Shown here: in pieces, positions 48,023-59,792 of the stretch
Numbering within the stretch: position 1 is the stretch's first letter
Layout: each line of letters opens with the position of its first letter
DNA from: Nitrospirota bacterium
GTDB lineage: Bacteria; Nitrospirota; UBA9217
NCBI GenBank assembly: GCA_963751455.1
Contig: CAVVUN010000008.1
Span: 224,001 to 288,000 of the forward strand
Direction: 5' to 3'
Length of the DNA stretch: 64,000 bases
Position numbers and translations under genes: made by a program
Notes under the pieces: generated by a model
The model's input: only the letters and a program-made list of their open reading frames with translations
Databases searched by the model: none
What the model was told of the DNA's origin: nothing

Positions 48023-48565
48023 AGCAAACACCAAACTGATTAAAGTAGCTCCGAAATGTGCGCTTTCTAAAAATAGTACAAATTACGCGAAAAGGCAATC
48101 GCAAATATGCAAGCACAAAGGATGGCGAACCAAAGATTTCGTCCACCGCGTGCTCTCTGCATATCGACCTCTTTCACTTCGTGCTTGAGCTTGCAGCAGC
48201 TTCGCTTATTATCTAAAAGTTTTTCAGCGTTCTCGACTAAAGTTGCATGCACCCCGTTTATCGTACCGGGGACTGATGTGCATATGTCGGGAAAAAATAC
48301 GGCCGCTTGACAATTGAGGAATATTTGTTAAGTTTATAAACAGAAGTTAAGGAAACGGTGAAATACTATTAAGCGGCCTCGTACTGCACCCAGAGAACCG
48401 TTCACTGACCGGACTCACCGGTGTGCTGATGAATAAATAAAACTCTCCGATTTCAGCTGCATTTTCTCACTTATTAATGTGCCAAATCGTCCGAGGCTGT
48501 CGGTCTGCGGCATGCGCATTCGATACCGGAAAGGCTCACTGTCCGCCTGATTGAGAATCTTCATC

Positions 48566-49576
48566 ATGAATGAACTTTCCTTTTCCACCGACAGAAAATT
48601 ATTTATCCGTTCATGGCAAGAAGCAACTCCGCCGATCAACGGGCACAGCCCGCGCGATGTAATTGGGAAAAAGTACTATGACATATTTCCTCGAATATTT
48701 TTAAGAGACAACGATGCGCTTCTTGAAGCCGCCCGAAGAAAGAAGCCGCTTCTGCTCGAGCACTATTCCCTGCCGTGTCTCCATACCAGTATCCGTGCTG
48801 ACATAACGATCGAGCCGATAATGTCCGGCAAGGGTATACAGAGCGAGATAAGGGTAACCGTTCGCCCGCGTACCAGCTGCGCTGTGGCCAAGAAGCTCAG
48901 CGATTCTCAGAGATTGATCGACATCGGCACGGTAGCCTCCACCCTGGCCCACGGCGTACGAAATCCGCTCAATGCAATCAAAGGGGCAGTCGTATATCTC
49001 CGGGGGAAATACGACCGGGAAGCGCCGCTCATCGAGTTCACGAAAATCATGGAAGATGAGATTTCGCGGCTGGAAAACTTCATCTCCGCGTTTCTCAGTT
49101 CCTCGCTTTCGGATACAGACCGTTCGGCAACCGACATCAACCAGCTGCTTCGCCGGATCGGCGTCTTTACCGCATTCCAGCTCTCGGCAGCAAGCATCAC
49201 GCCGGTGTTTGAACTGGGCGATATTCCGGCGGCTGAAGTAAACGCCTTCCATCTGGAACAGGCCATTCTAAACGTCGTCAACAACGCGATCGAAGCAATG
49301 AGCAGGGGCGGCACTCTCAAAATCAGGACTTTCAGGGACACCCTCCGCGATTCGGATTTTCTTGTAATTGAAATTGCGGACTCAGGACCCGGAATGTCCG
49401 AGCTCAGTATCGCGGCGCGATCCGGCGCCCGCGGCAGGGGCTTCGGCCTCTTTATCGCTTATGAAGTCCTGAAATACTACAAAGGCCACTTGACGATTGA
49501 AAGCAAGAAGAATGAAGGAACAACAGTCCGGCTTTCCCTTCCCTTGAGCCGGCCGGAAACGGGAACGGAACGATGA
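48566..49576 (+). CDS. cytoplasmic PAS-like sensor histidine kinase (NtrB-like)
   Basis: LAHGVRNPL, NVVNNA, DSGPG, GRGFGL; ATGA overlap with the regulator. Confidence 0.85.
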   Translation: MNELSFSTDRKLFIRSWQEATPPINGHSPRDVIGKKYYDIFPRIFLRDNDALLEAARRKKPLLLEHYSLPCLHTSIRADITIEPIMSGKGIQSEIRVTVRPRTSCAVAKKLSDSQRLIDIGTVASTLAHGVRNPLNAIKGAVVYLRGKYDREAPLIEFTKIMEDEISRLENFISAFLSSSLSDTDRSATDINQLLRRIGVFTAFQLSAASITPVFELGDIPAAEVNAFHLEQAILNVVNNAIEAMSRGGTLKIRTFRDTLRDSDFLVIEIADSGPGMSELSIAARSGARGRGFGLFIAYEVLKYYKGHLTIESKKNEGTTVRLSLPLSRPETGTER

Positions 49577-50940
49577 ATAAAGGAACCGTATTGATCGTTG
49601 ACGACGAACCGAATGCCTTGCGGGTTCTTTCCGCCATTCTGAAGGAAGAAGGCTATTCCATCCGGGAATCCATGGATGTGGACCAGGCGATCGGGGTGCT
49701 TATGAGCGGCCAGGTGGACGCGGTGATTACGGATGTGAAAATGCCCGTCCGGGACGGGTTCGACCTGTTTTATTATATTCACCGGCACCACGGCGGCCTT
49801 CCTGTCATGTTCCTCACTGCTCACGGAAGCGTCGAGTCTGCCGTCGATGCGATGACGAATGGAGCCGCATACTACTTCATCAAGCCTCCGGATTACGGGA
49901 AACTGAAAACAGTGCTGCAGCAGGCGCTCGAGCGGCGCAGCCAGCAGCGGTCCGATGGAGCGCAGCGTCCCGCCATAGAAGATTCATGCCGCATCATCGG
50001 CGTGACTCCTCCCATCAATCGGATACGGAATATAATTGATGCCGTAAAGGAGTCCGCGAGCAACATCCTGATCCAGGGCGAGACCGGTACCGGCAAGGAA
50101 GTAATCGCATGCAATATCCATTACCGCAGTAAACGCTCGGCGCTGCCCTTTATTGCGGTTAACTGCGCAGCCATTCCCCGCGAACTGATCGAATCGGAAC
50201 TGTTCGGATATGAAAAAGGGGCGTTTACCGGCGCCGCCGGCAGCAGAGTCGGCAAGTTTGAGGAAGCCGCGGGAGGAACTCTCTTTCTCGATGAGATCGG
50301 CGAACTGGAGCTCTCGCTTCAGTCAAAACTGCTTCGTGTTCTGCAAGAGCGCACGATCGAACGGCTCGGAAGCAATCGCAGGATCAAGGTCGACTTCAGA
50401 CTCATTTCGTCCACAAACCGCAACCTTAAAAATGAGATTGCCTCCGGCGGATTCCGGGAAGACCTTTTTTACCGCATCAACGTGGTCCAGATTGATGCGC
50501 CGCCCCTGCGTGACCGGCCCGGTGACATCCCGCTTCTCGCTGCCGAATTCACCCGACAGTTTTGCGCACGAGAGAGAAAACTGCTTGCGCTTTCCGATGA
50601 AGTGCTCGACGCCTTCAGGCATTTTCCCTGGCCGGGAAACGTCCGTCAACTCAAGAACGTAATCGAGCGCGCTGTTGTGCTCGCCTGCGGCAAGCGGATC
50701 ACGCTTGATGAACTTTCGGACGATTTCCGCACAGATATTCCGGACGACCGGACCGTTCACTCTATAACACCGCTCAAGGCGCTGGAACTCCAGGCAATAC
50801 GCGATGCGCTCACTGACTGCAGCGGGAATAAATCCAAGGCCGCACGCAAGCTCGGGATATCGCGCAAAGCCCTCTACAAAAGGTTGAACGACTCCTGCTC
50901 TTCGGACCTGGGCAACGCTGCCCCTCTTAGCGCTCAGTAA
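49573..50940 (+). CDS. sigma54-dependent response regulator
   Basis: [30 protein letters not shown]. Confidence 0.93.
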   Translation: MNKGTVLIVDDEPNALRVLSAILKEEGYSIRESMDVDQAIGVLMSGQVDAVITDVKMPVRDGFDLFYYIHRHHGGLPVMFLTAHGSVESAVDAMTNGAAYYFIKPPDYGKLKTVLQQALERRSQQRSDGAQRPAIEDSCRIIGVTPPINRIRNIIDAVKESASNILIQGETGTGKEVIACNIHYRSKRSALPFIAVNCAAIPRELIESELFGYEKGAFTGAAGSRVGKFEEAAGGTLFLDEIGELELSLQSKLLRVLQERTIERLGSNRRIKVDFRLISSTNRNLKNEIASGGFREDLFYRINVVQIDAPPLRDRPGDIPLLAAEFTRQFCARERKLLALSDEVLDAFRHFPWPGNVRQLKNVIERAVVLACGKRITLDELSDDFRTDIPDDRTVHSITPLKALELQAIRDALTDCSGNKSKAARKLGISRKALYKRLNDSCSSDLGNAAPLSAQ

Positions 50941-51071
50941 TATAACCAATTCTCCCGCATAATTCAGCCTTCCAAAAAATTATTTCAGGATACGTGCGTG
51001 AAAAGGCAATTTATCCGCGGGGAGCGCAGGAACGCTGAGAGACAATTGAAGGATACAATTACACTCCGTTG

Positions 51072-51386
51072 ACCCTTCGACTGGCTCAGGGCGAACGGAG
51101 GGAAGCTTGAAATCATGAGGCTTTATCCGTTCGTGGTGAGCCTGTCGAACCACTCCAAACACTAGTTTCGTAAATCCGTGTTAATCGGATTTTTTCCGCG
51201 TCCAACTGCTCTTTAAAAACCTTTACTTCGCATTATCTTTAAATTTGAATCAAGTTTTTGAGAAGCTAAAAAGCATTTACCGCGAAGGCGCGAGGAGTGC
51301 GAAGGAAACCATGCGACAAAATCTTATTTCTGGTTTAAACCCGTTTCAATTCCTGCTTTCCTCGCGTCCTTCGCGCCTTCGCGGTT
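51072..51386. repeat. cluster of REP/MITE-like inverted repeats
   Basis: CCCTTCGACTGGCTCAGGGCGAACGG / CCGTTCGTGGTGAGCCTGTCGAACC pair; partial MITE end at about 51172-51215; ACCGCGAAGGCGCGAGG / CCTTCGCGCCTTCGCGGT pair. Confidence 0.6.
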
Positions 51387-51610
51387 CCAAGGTATTTTTT
51401 TCATCGGTCTGAGGCCTTGCCTCGTTAAAGTTTATTAGTTCTTTGCGTTCTTTTGCGGCAAAATAGATTTGCTTCCGGCTTATCAGGGTTTTAGGTAAGA
51501 GAAAACCGGTTTCCAGGCGGGAAAAAGAACAGCGGAAGAAGATAGGGGGCTGACTGCATATGCAGTCAGTTTTTTTTGAAGGTATTCCGGTTTAATCCTG
51601 GGCAGTTCTG

Positions 51611-52354
51611 CTAGAACGAGATAGATTCGAATTCCGGCCGCAGCTGAATAAATTTGTTCTTGAGGATCTGGATTTCTCCGGCCTTCTGCCATTTGTCAAG
51701 TACGCGGGTAACGGTTTCCCGGGTGAGGCCCGTCATGTCGGCTATGTCCTGGTGGATCAGCTTGATTCCAAGAACGATTCCCTGAGGTGTCTCTTTCCCG
51801 TATGTTTCGGACAGCATAAGAAAGAGCATTTTTATCCTCTGCGCGGCATCGTTGAAATTAAGCATCTGGATCCGCTTCCATGAATCCCGAAGACGCGAAC
51901 TGAGGATATTAAGCAGGTTTTCAAGTACTTTTTTCTGGTTGAACAGAAGCGCAAAAAAGTCTTTCTTCGAAATGAGAGCCGTAACCGAATCGCGCGTTGC
52001 CTTGACGGTCGCGGGCGCCGTCTTCCCGTCGATCAGGGACAATTCTCCGAAGAAGTCCCCGGTCCTGTGGATGGTGACTATTATTCCCTTGCCTTCGCCG
52101 GTCACCTGGATCACCTTGGCCTCCCCATCGAGAATAATGTACATATAGTCGTTCGTATTTTCCTCGTGAAGTATCACTTCATTCTTCTTGAACTTCTTGA
52201 TCATCACCTTTTCCCTGACCTGGCGCAGTTCCTCCGGGCTTAGAGACGAAAAAAGCTCGGTTTGATTTATAGCTTGATCTTCCACTGTAATATTCACCAT
52301 ACGCCGTGAAGGCCGTTTCCTGCCGGTTTTGCCCGGTTTCCCGGGCTTCGACAT
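51611..52354 (-). CDS. CRP/FNR family transcriptional regulator
   Basis: GDFFGELSL cNMP-fold, IADMTGLTRETVTR HTH; no FNR cysteines. Confidence 0.92.
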   Translation of the reverse strand: MSKPGKPGKTGRKRPSRRMVNITVEDQAINQTELFSSLSPEELRQVREKVMIKKFKKNEVILHEENTNDYMYIILDGEAKVIQVTGEGKGIIVTIHRTGDFFGELSLIDGKTAPATVKATRDSVTALISKKDFFALLFNQKKVLENLLNILSSRLRDSWKRIQMLNFNDAAQRIKMLFLMLSETYGKETPQGIVLGIKLIHQDIADMTGLTRETVTRVLDKWQKAGEIQILKNKFIQLRPEFESISF

Positions 52355-52552
52355 TATACGGTCACCTCGATTTGTTGCAATAACATTCTTATGTATTCCC
52401 TTATTTCTTTTCATATTAGTACTTTAATATCAAAAAATTAATAAATGAGCGATGTGAGGATGGTCACATATTCCATCTTAGTTCATTTGTATTATAGACT
52501 ATCACAAAACAGCACCGCCGGTTCGCCGGTATTGCGCGAAGGAGGAAATAGT

Positions 52553-52960
52553 ATGAGGAGCAAGCGGTTTGGTTATGTTTTTGCGATAGTGTTTTTGCTT
52601 CTGATTTTAGGAGGGTGCGGCGGCGGATCGAGCGCCGTTCCGGGCGACCAGACATCCGCAGGCAGCGGCTACGGTGTTTTACCTGGCGGGAGCAGCGACT
52701 CGGAGGCAACCGGGATGGCAGCGCTTACCTGGGAAGCACCTACCACAAATGTCGATGGAACGGCCCTGACAAAGGTCGTCGGATACAGGATATATTACGG
52801 GTCGGCGCCCGGAGCATATAAAGGATACCTGGATGCCGGCAGCAGGCTTGACTTCTCGATCAGTGTCGCCCCCGGGACATACTATTTCGCTGTCAGTGCA
52901 TATAACAGCTCCGGCGGTGAGAGTATTCCTTCAAACGAAGTCAGCAAGACAGTATTATAA
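52553..52960 (+). CDS. lipoprotein with fibronectin type III domain
   Basis: AGGAGG RBS, lipobox LGGC, LTWEAP..GYRIYYG..TYYFAVSAYN..SNEVSK. Confidence 0.85.
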   Translation: MRSKRFGYVFAIVFLLLILGGCGGGSSAVPGDQTSAGSGYGVLPGGSSDSEATGMAALTWEAPTTNVDGTALTKVVGYRIYYGSAPGAYKGYLDAGSRLDFSISVAPGTYYFAVSAYNSSGGESIPSNEVSKTVL

Positions 52961-53001
52961 TGATTGACAGGCTTTGACCCGCTGTTCGATAGCGCGGTCA
53001 T

Positions 53002-53036
53002 GGACGAATGAAATCTTCTCATTCGTCCTTTTTTTT
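53002..53036 (+). terminator. rho-independent terminator
   Basis: GGACGAATGA...TCATTCGTCC then T8. Confidence 0.78.
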
Positions 53037-53073
53037 GCCTTTTTTCTCCATCAGATTAGCATAAACGTATTAC

Positions 53074-53253
53074 CCCTAAAAACTGCAGTTGGACGCAGAT
53101 GAACGCAGATAACCGCAGATCAAACAAAAGAATTTTTAGAGAAAAAAATTCACCCGCTGGGTGGACTGCTTTTACGATACAGGAACGTTTTTTATCCGAC
53201 TTTATCTGCGTTTATCCGATTTTTCTGCGTCCCAAATGCTTTTTTTTACAGGT
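53074..53253. mobile_element. MITE-like repeat, inverted copy of 1860-2044
   Basis: Near-identical reverse complement of 1860-2044. Confidence 0.75.
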
Positions 53254-53278
53254 CTCTGGCAGCCACTCCGCTTCGACA

Positions 53279-54661
53279 TTATTGATGACTTGCGATGTGG
53301 TACAATCCATGCTTCTTCATGATGTCATAAAAAGTCGGGCGGCTGATGCCCAGGTCCTCTGCGGCTTGAGCGATATTTCCCTTATGCCGGTCCATCGCCC
53401 GCATGATCATATCCCGCTCTACCCGGTCTCTGGCATCCCGGAGTGTCCTGCTGTCGGGGACAAGCGAAACAGGTATTGACGGTTTCGATGAGAAACCAAG
53501 GTCATGCGGCTCGATGAGGGCGCTTTCCGAAAGAATGACTGCGCGTTGTATCTTGTTTTCAAGTTCACGCACGTTGCCCGGCCAGCCGTAGGACTCCATC
53601 ATTTCGAGCGCCGCTGCACTGAATCCTTTTATCCGTTTCTTGAATTCTTCGCCGAACTGCCGCAGGAATACGGTGGCCAGGAGTGCAATGTCTCCTTTCC
53701 TGTCCCGCAGAGGCGGAAGAGGGACTGTCACGACCCCGATACGGTAGTATAAATCTTCACGGAACCGGCCGCACTTGATCTCTTCAGTGATATTTTTGTT
53801 CGATGCCGCGATAATCCTGGCATCGACATTGATGTCACCCCTGCCGCCGAGCCTCTGGATCGTCTTCTCCTGAAGAAAACGGAGGAGCTTTACCTGGAGG
53901 GCGTGCGGCAGCTCACCGATCTCATCCAGAAATAGTGTGCCGCTATGCGCGAATTCGAACTTGCCCTGCACCTTGGCATGCGCCCCTGTGAACGCGCCTT
54001 TTTCGTGACCGAAAAGCTCCGACTCAAGCAGATTTTCCGGGATCGCACCGCAGTTGATCGGGATAAATTCTTTTTCCCGACGCTGACTGAGAGTGTGAAT
54101 GGCGCGGGCGACAAGCTCTTTTCCCGTTCCGCTTTCTCCCTGGATCAGCACTGCAGCTTCTGAAGCCGCCACCTTTCTTACCGTAGCAAATACTTCCAGC
54201 ATGGCCGGGCATTGTCCGATGATGCCGGTCAGTGCGCCGCTTTTTTTATTCAGCGTCGTTCGTAAACGGCGGTTTTCCTCCTCCAGCAGGTAAAGATGGA
54301 ACGCGCGCTTCACAATGACTTTTAACTCGGAAAGATCGATGGGTTTTTGGAGAAAATCATATGCCCCGTTCTGCACTGCACGCACGGCATTCGCCTTTTC
54401 CCCGCTGCCCGTCACAATGATAATCTTGGCAAACTGCTGAGTTGAAAGCATTTCTTGAAGACAGCGGAACCCCTCATCAGTTCCCTCTGCATGGGGAGGC
54501 AGACCCAGATCGAGCACTACGACTTTGGGCCGATGCTTCAGAAAAAGGGCGAGAGCTTCTTTCCCGTCACCGGAGGACAGCACGGTGTATTCTGTGCTGA
54601 AACCCCACTTCAACTGTTTCCGGATGTCTTCAGAATCGTCAACAATAAGCAGTTTTTCCAT
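53279..54661 (-). CDS. prsR: PEP-CTERM system sigma54 response regulator PrsR
   Basis: [38 protein letters not shown]; AGGAG RBS; next to prsK and exosortase. Confidence 0.88.
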   Translation of the reverse strand: MEKLLIVDDSEDIRKQLKWGFSTEYTVLSSGDGKEALALFLKHRPKVVVLDLGLPPHAEGTDEGFRCLQEMLSTQQFAKIIIVTGSGEKANAVRAVQNGAYDFLQKPIDLSELKVIVKRAFHLYLLEEENRRLRTTLNKKSGALTGIIGQCPAMLEVFATVRKVAASEAAVLIQGESGTGKELVARAIHTLSQRREKEFIPINCGAIPENLLESELFGHEKGAFTGAHAKVQGKFEFAHSGTLFLDEIGELPHALQVKLLRFLQEKTIQRLGGRGDINVDARIIAASNKNITEEIKCGRFREDLYYRIGVVTVPLPPLRDRKGDIALLATVFLRQFGEEFKKRIKGFSAAALEMMESYGWPGNVRELENKIQRAVILSESALIEPHDLGFSSKPSIPVSLVPDSRTLRDARDRVERDMIMRAMDRHKGNIAQAAEDLGISRPTFYDIMKKHGLYHIASHQ

Positions 54662-54821
54662 TGCATGGTACTCCTTTTTCTTTAGTGCCGAAAAACTTAG
54701 TAGTGCGCGTGAAAGCGGGCTGCACGCAGGGACGGCACGGACCATCTGACCAAGAGGCAAAGCTTCCCTATACGATACATAACCAAGTGTCAGTTTTTGC
54801 TTTTCGTCGACGCTTGGGCCG

Positions 54822-56934
54822 CTAAATTTTGATTTGCTGCGGCCGAGGCAACGATGCAGAATAAGCGCTGTCCAGCGCATACCGCAGTGTGCGGTCAGCG
54901 GCCGGAAGGCGGACGGTAAAACTGGAGCCCTTCCCACTCTCGCTCGACACTTCGATTGTGCCGCCAAGCGACTCGACGATCTTCTTGCATTGGTAGAGGC
55001 CGATACCCAGCCCTGTCTTTTTGGTGGTTCGGAACGGCTTGAAAAGCTGGTGCTGCATGAAGGCTCTGGTCATTCCGGACCCGCTGTCGGTAATCGTCAG
55101 GCACACACTGCCGTTTTGCCAGCCGGTTTCTATCGTGACCTGTGCCCGTTCTCCGCCCGCCTCAAGCCCGTTTTGAACGAGATTGATGATCACCTTCTTT
55201 AGTTCACCTGTGTCGATAAGGGCAGGCGCCGGTTCTCCGCGGCAGACGATATCCGCATCAGGCCTTGCCTTCCTCATCTCCTCTACGACCTCCGAGGACA
55301 AATCACGGATGTCGTGTCGTTCCATGCGCGACGCTCCGCCTTGGTCAACCACCTTCAGCTTTTGCGTCAGTTGTTTCATATTCTTCGAGCGCATTGCGGA
55401 TCGCTGTTATCATATCGCGCTGAAATTGCATATTTCCTATGTGTTCTTCGGCATTGTGCGTCATCAGCGCGAGGGTATAGGCAAGATTCTTCAAATCGTG
55501 GACAACAAAGGACGATAGACGGGCAGTGGCGGCAAGTTCCCGGGTTTCTATCAATTCCTCGGAAAGACGAAGATTATTGAGCAGCAGAGCGGCTTGCCGG
55601 GCCACGATCTTCATCAGGTCATAGTCCTCGTAAGTGAACGGCTCCTCCCCTATCGGCTCTCCGAAGACAACCACGCCTTCGGTCTTCCGGTTGCAAACCA
55701 GCGGAACGACCAGCCGCGCACGCGAAGTGCTGATAAACGAGATCTCTTCGTCATCGGGTTCGTATTCACCGTCAAACGGGTTCCATACGCGGTTCCGGTC
55801 GCAGAAATACGACTGCAGAGCCTCTGAGGGAATAAACCCGGTATCGGGACCGGCAACCTGATGCTGTCCCGCCGGCAGATACCTGCCGCTCGTTCGATTG
55901 AACAGGTACAGGAATGCGCTGCGAAGACCGAAGATTTCGCGGTAGGCTGCCGGGATTGCTTTTTCCATGTCGCAGACCGTCATGCAGGAGGCCAGCCGGC
56001 TGCTCAAATCGAGCCAGGTGTGGCGATAGTCGTGCTTGTGCTCGAAAAAATGCTTGCTCAGGAAGACCATCAGCGACCGCCGGAGCGTCTCCGAGAGGAT
56101 TGCGATTAAAAGGGCGATGCCGCCCGCAAAAGACAGGAAAATGGTCAGGTACCTGCCGAAGGACACATCGAAATACCGGATGCCTTCTCCGATAGTGCCC
56201 AATAGAACGAAGTAGATTCCGGCACCGAGCAGTGTAAGCGAACGGTACATCATATACCGGGAGACGGTAACGTTGATGCCGCTGCCGCGAACCAGTTTTG
56301 AGAACAAGATGAGGCACGATGCAATGATGAAAAAACCGGCCCTGACCGGCTGCAGTTGGGCAATTGTTGCGGGGTACAGCATCGCCTGGCTGAAAGTGAA
56401 GATCAGCACCGTCAGGATGCTGCCCGCTCCTATTACTTCGTACTTGATCTTGTCTCGGTCGGCCGCAGCGGTGGAAACGAATGTCGCCTCGAGGTTCATC
56501 AGGGCAACGATGAAGAAGACCTGAGCGGCCAGAGAGTACAGGGACCCGCCCCCGCCGGGGAAAAGCGCCACTGCGGCGCCGGGGTGGTTCAAAAGATCGA
56601 TCAGGGGAAAAACGATAGCCACGGCAGGCAGGAGAACAACGGCCGAGAGAAGGACGACTCCGCGCCGGGAAAAAACCGAGACCGATTCGCTTCGCGCAAA
56701 GGTTAAGCTGTACCACAGCAGGCACGCGGGCAGAAAAGCTGCAAAAACAATCCCAAGCGCTTTGTACTGGGAATAAGAGCCTCCGCCGTATTGTTCCGCA
56801 GCCTCGATTGCGGCGAGGCAAAGAGCGCTCAGCGCAAGGGCAATATCGGATGAGCTTTTCCGCTTTCCTATGCTGAGCGCGAAGACACAAAGAAGTGAGA
56901 AAATCGCGAGCGTTGAGAGGATTATTGGGTTCAT
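54822..56934 (-). pseudogene. prsK: PEP-CTERM system histidine kinase PrsK, frameshifted near 55385
   Basis: Multi-TM N-terminus, SKHFFEHKHDYR, GAF and SFVVHDLKN in 55345-56934; HATPase (NLVQNG, LFKPFRTTK, GLGIG) in another frame 54822-55394; one extra base. Confidence 0.82.
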
Positions 56935-56937
56935 GGT

Positions 56938-58251
56938 CTAGGCCTTTATCAGGGTGCAGTGCCCGTTTTTATGTGAGCCGTTGGTCGCATTCCGTGTATC
57001 GACGACGAGAGGCGCGTGATTAAGGATAAAATCATAGTCATAGCAGGAGTGGTCAGTAGCTACGACAACGCAATCGTAGGTCTTCAGCGCCTTTTCCGTC
57101 AACGCCACGGAACTTTTTTTGAAGTCGTACATCCGCATCTTCCTGGTTTTCGGGATATACGGATCGTTAAAATCCACCTGTGCGCCTTTTTCGGCGAGGA
57201 GGTCCATGATCTTGAGAGAAGGCGATTCCCGCGTGTCGTCAATGTCCTTCTTATAGGCCAGGCCGAGAATAAGAATTTTGGAAGCCCGTATCGGCTTGTT
57301 CTTCGTATTAAGAGCGCCGATTATTTTGTCGACGACATAATATGGCATATGGGTGTTGATCTCGCCGGCGAGTTCGATGAATTTCGTGTGAAAATCGTAT
57401 TCGCGGGCCTTCCAGGTCAGGTAGAAAGGATCGATGGGAATGCAATGACCTCCCAGGCCAGGCCCGGGATAAAAGGCCTGAAAGCCGAACGGCTTTGTCT
57501 TGGCAGCCTCTATTACTTCATAAATATCGATGCCCATCCTGTCGAACAACATCTTCAGTTCGTTGACCATTGCTATGTTTACCGCCCGGTAAATATTCTC
57601 GAGCAGCTTGGCCGCCTCGGCCACCTTCGTCGAGGAAACCGGAACGGTCTTGTTGACAACCGAGCTATAGAGCGCATCCGCCAGCTTAAGGCAATTCTTT
57701 GTATATCCTCCCACGATCTTCGGTATTGTGCTCGTGGAATAGTGTTTGTTGTTCGGGTCCTCCCGCTCCGGTGAAAAAGCAAGATAGAAATCCTGACCGG
57801 CCTTGAGACCGTTCTTTTCGAGAATCGCTTTCATGTCCCCGTCGGTGGTACCCGGGTAAGTCGTCGACTCCAGCACCACGAGATGGCCTTTTTTGAGATA
57901 CTTTGCAACCGTCTCGGTCGTATTGAGCACATACGAGAGGTCGGGCTCGCGGTGTTCATTGAGCGGGGTAGGAACGCAGATGATGATGCAGTCCGTCTCT
58001 CGCAGCTGTGAAAAATTGGTGGTTGCTTTGAAGCTGGTATTGTTTTTGAGGAGATTCACTTCCTCAGGAAGTATATGCTTGATATAGGTTTTGCCCTCCT
58101 GCAGGCATTTTATCTTTTCGGGATCTATGTCGAAGCCGATTGCCTCAAATCCCGCTTTTACGAACTGGATGATGAGGGGAAGTCCTACATAACCGAGTCC
58201 GATGATTCCTACCGTTGCACTTCGTTTTTGAATTTTGTCCAGAAGCGTCAT
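56938..58251 (-). CDS. nucleotide sugar dehydrogenase (UDP-GlcNAc/ManNAc 6-dehydrogenase type)
   Basis: GLGYVGLP, ESTTYPGTT, SPEREDP, GGHCIPIDP, DTRESP. Confidence 0.93.
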   Translation of the reverse strand: MTLLDKIQKRSATVGIIGLGYVGLPLIIQFVKAGFEAIGFDIDPEKIKCLQEGKTYIKHILPEEVNLLKNNTSFKATTNFSQLRETDCIIICVPTPLNEHREPDLSYVLNTTETVAKYLKKGHLVVLESTTYPGTTDGDMKAILEKNGLKAGQDFYLAFSPEREDPNNKHYSTSTIPKIVGGYTKNCLKLADALYSSVVNKTVPVSSTKVAEAAKLLENIYRAVNIAMVNELKMLFDRMGIDIYEVIEAAKTKPFGFQAFYPGPGLGGHCIPIDPFYLTWKAREYDFHTKFIELAGEINTHMPYYVVDKIIGALNTKNKPIRASKILILGLAYKKDIDDTRESPSLKIMDLLAEKGAQVDFNDPYIPKTRKMRMYDFKKSSVALTEKALKTYDCVVVATDHSCYDYDFILNHAPLVVDTRNATNGSHKNGHCTLIKA

Positions 58252-58358
58252 AGTTGTCTCCTTTGCGTCAATGTGTTAAATATGTTAAGCAGTTGAGTTG
58301 TTGAGTTATCCGGTTTCTCAACTACTCATCCGCTGAACGACTCAACGGATTCCGGAAC

Positions 58359-58787
58359 CTATTTACTGACCTCGTTCGAAAAAAAACTCTCTACTCCCGA
58401 CGCATCGTATGCCTTTACTGCGAAATAATGGGTTCCCGTATCGAGACCATGAACCGTATATGAGCATTCAGTTCGGCCGGGGCCTCCTTCCTGAGCATCG
58501 CTTTTCCTGCACGATAAATCGGGACTATCAAGCGGAATCTTTATGACCCGGTCATGCTTTTGGGGCGAGTTCCCATAATAAATCTTGTATCCTGCCAGGC
58601 CGGCTTTTCCGGTTCTATTCCTGGCGGGCTCGTTCCAGGTCAATACAACACTGCCTCGGCCTGCAGGGGGCGCATTACTTCTGCACCCGATCACTGCCGC
58701 GAGCAGGAGTACCATGCTGAAGCAGGTAATCCTGAAGAAAAATGAGATAAGCGTAATCTTTGTTTTATTTTCGTTCAAGAAATGCAT
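58359..58787 (-). CDS. fibronectin type III domain (lipo)protein
   Basis: VIGC, LTWNEP, GYKIYYG, HYFAVKAYD..SNEVSK; paralog of 52553. Confidence 0.8.
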   Translation of the reverse strand: MHFLNENKTKITLISFFFRITCFSMVLLLAAVIGCRSNAPPAGRGSVVLTWNEPARNRTGKAGLAGYKIYYGNSPQKHDRVIKIPLDSPDLSCRKSDAQEGGPGRTECSYTVHGLDTGTHYFAVKAYDASGVESFFSNEVSK

Positions 58788-58837
58788 GAGATATTCCTTT
58801 TTAGTGACAAGTCCCTCTTCTGCTTGTCCGGTTCAGG

Positions 58838-59764
58838 TCATTTCCGCCTGAACCAGCCGTCAAGACGCTGGTCCTGACCGGATCTTTTTTCAAATTTTCT
58901 GAGGAGCACAATAAGGCCGCCCACAATAAACAGGGAGAGCATGAAAAAAAGAATTCCCATTCGGCTATGCAATGTGCTTTCCGTGAGCATCCTGCTGTCG
59001 ACATAGACGCCCAGTATGGAAAGGACGAATATCCTGAGGCCGTTTTTCACTATCGTGATCGGAACTGCCGCAATCACGAGAACTGCCCTTGACCATCCGG
59101 AACGCAGAAAAAAGCTGCCTGCAAACAGGGCCGTAATTACCAGGGAGAGGCCTGCGCGGACTCCGCTGCATTCCTTAGCAACTTCTATATCGAGCGTCGG
59201 CAGGTGAAAGACAAAGCCTTCCCTTCCGAATGGGGTGCCGGCTGCAATAAAGAACACGTGAACGGCTGCGGAGGACCACTGCCGGAGAAAAAGGATACAG
59301 TGCTCGAGCAGCGAATCCGGCAGGGGGACTGCCAGGAACAGGAACAACACGGGAAACGCTGCTTCCCGGAGCGAATCCACGCCGTACAGGACCGTAAATC
59401 CCGAAATCCAGAGCACAACAAGTGAAAGAGCCATGAGAGATTGATAATTGCTCCGGTTGAACAGGATGTGCGCCTGATCGGCGGCGATGAAGAACACCGC
59501 AGCGGCGCCTGCAAGTAAGATCGCGGCCTGCCGGGAAGAAGGGGGGCAAGAAAAAATCTTTTTTCTGTTCATGAAAAGAAGATACGCCGTAATGATCGGG
59601 ACAAGCGGAACATACGAGAAGTACGGGCTCTTCCAGCACGTCTGCATCAACTCCCGGAGCTGCGGAAAGAAAAAAACTGCGAAGGCCGCATTCCAGAGGA
59701 GAAAAAGCAGGTTCCGGTGGAGCACTCCCTTGAGAAGCGGATAGCTCGTTTGCTGTTTGTTCAT
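58838..59764 (-). CDS. exosortase (EpsH family)
   Basis: About 8 TM; catalytic triad VAKECSG (Cys), NGLRI (Arg), LHSRMG (His). Confidence 0.9.
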   Translation of the reverse strand: MNKQQTSYPLLKGVLHRNLLFLLWNAAFAVFFFPQLRELMQTCWKSPYFSYVPLVPIITAYLLFMNRKKIFSCPPSSRQAAILLAGAAAVFFIAADQAHILFNRSNYQSLMALSLVVLWISGFTVLYGVDSLREAAFPVLFLFLAVPLPDSLLEHCILFLRQWSSAAVHVFFIAAGTPFGREGFVFHLPTLDIEVAKECSGVRAGLSLVITALFAGSFFLRSGWSRAVLVIAAVPITIVKNGLRIFVLSILGVYVDSRMLTESTLHSRMGILFFMLSLFIVGGLIVLLRKFEKRSGQDQRLDGWFRRK

Positions 59765-59792
59765 GACTGCTGAACCCGGCTGTTGAAGAGTA

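Noticed and set aside
54662-54967. N-terminal extension of PrsR in the ORF track
   Set aside because: Overlaps the prsK 3' end; the REC domain and RBS start at 54661
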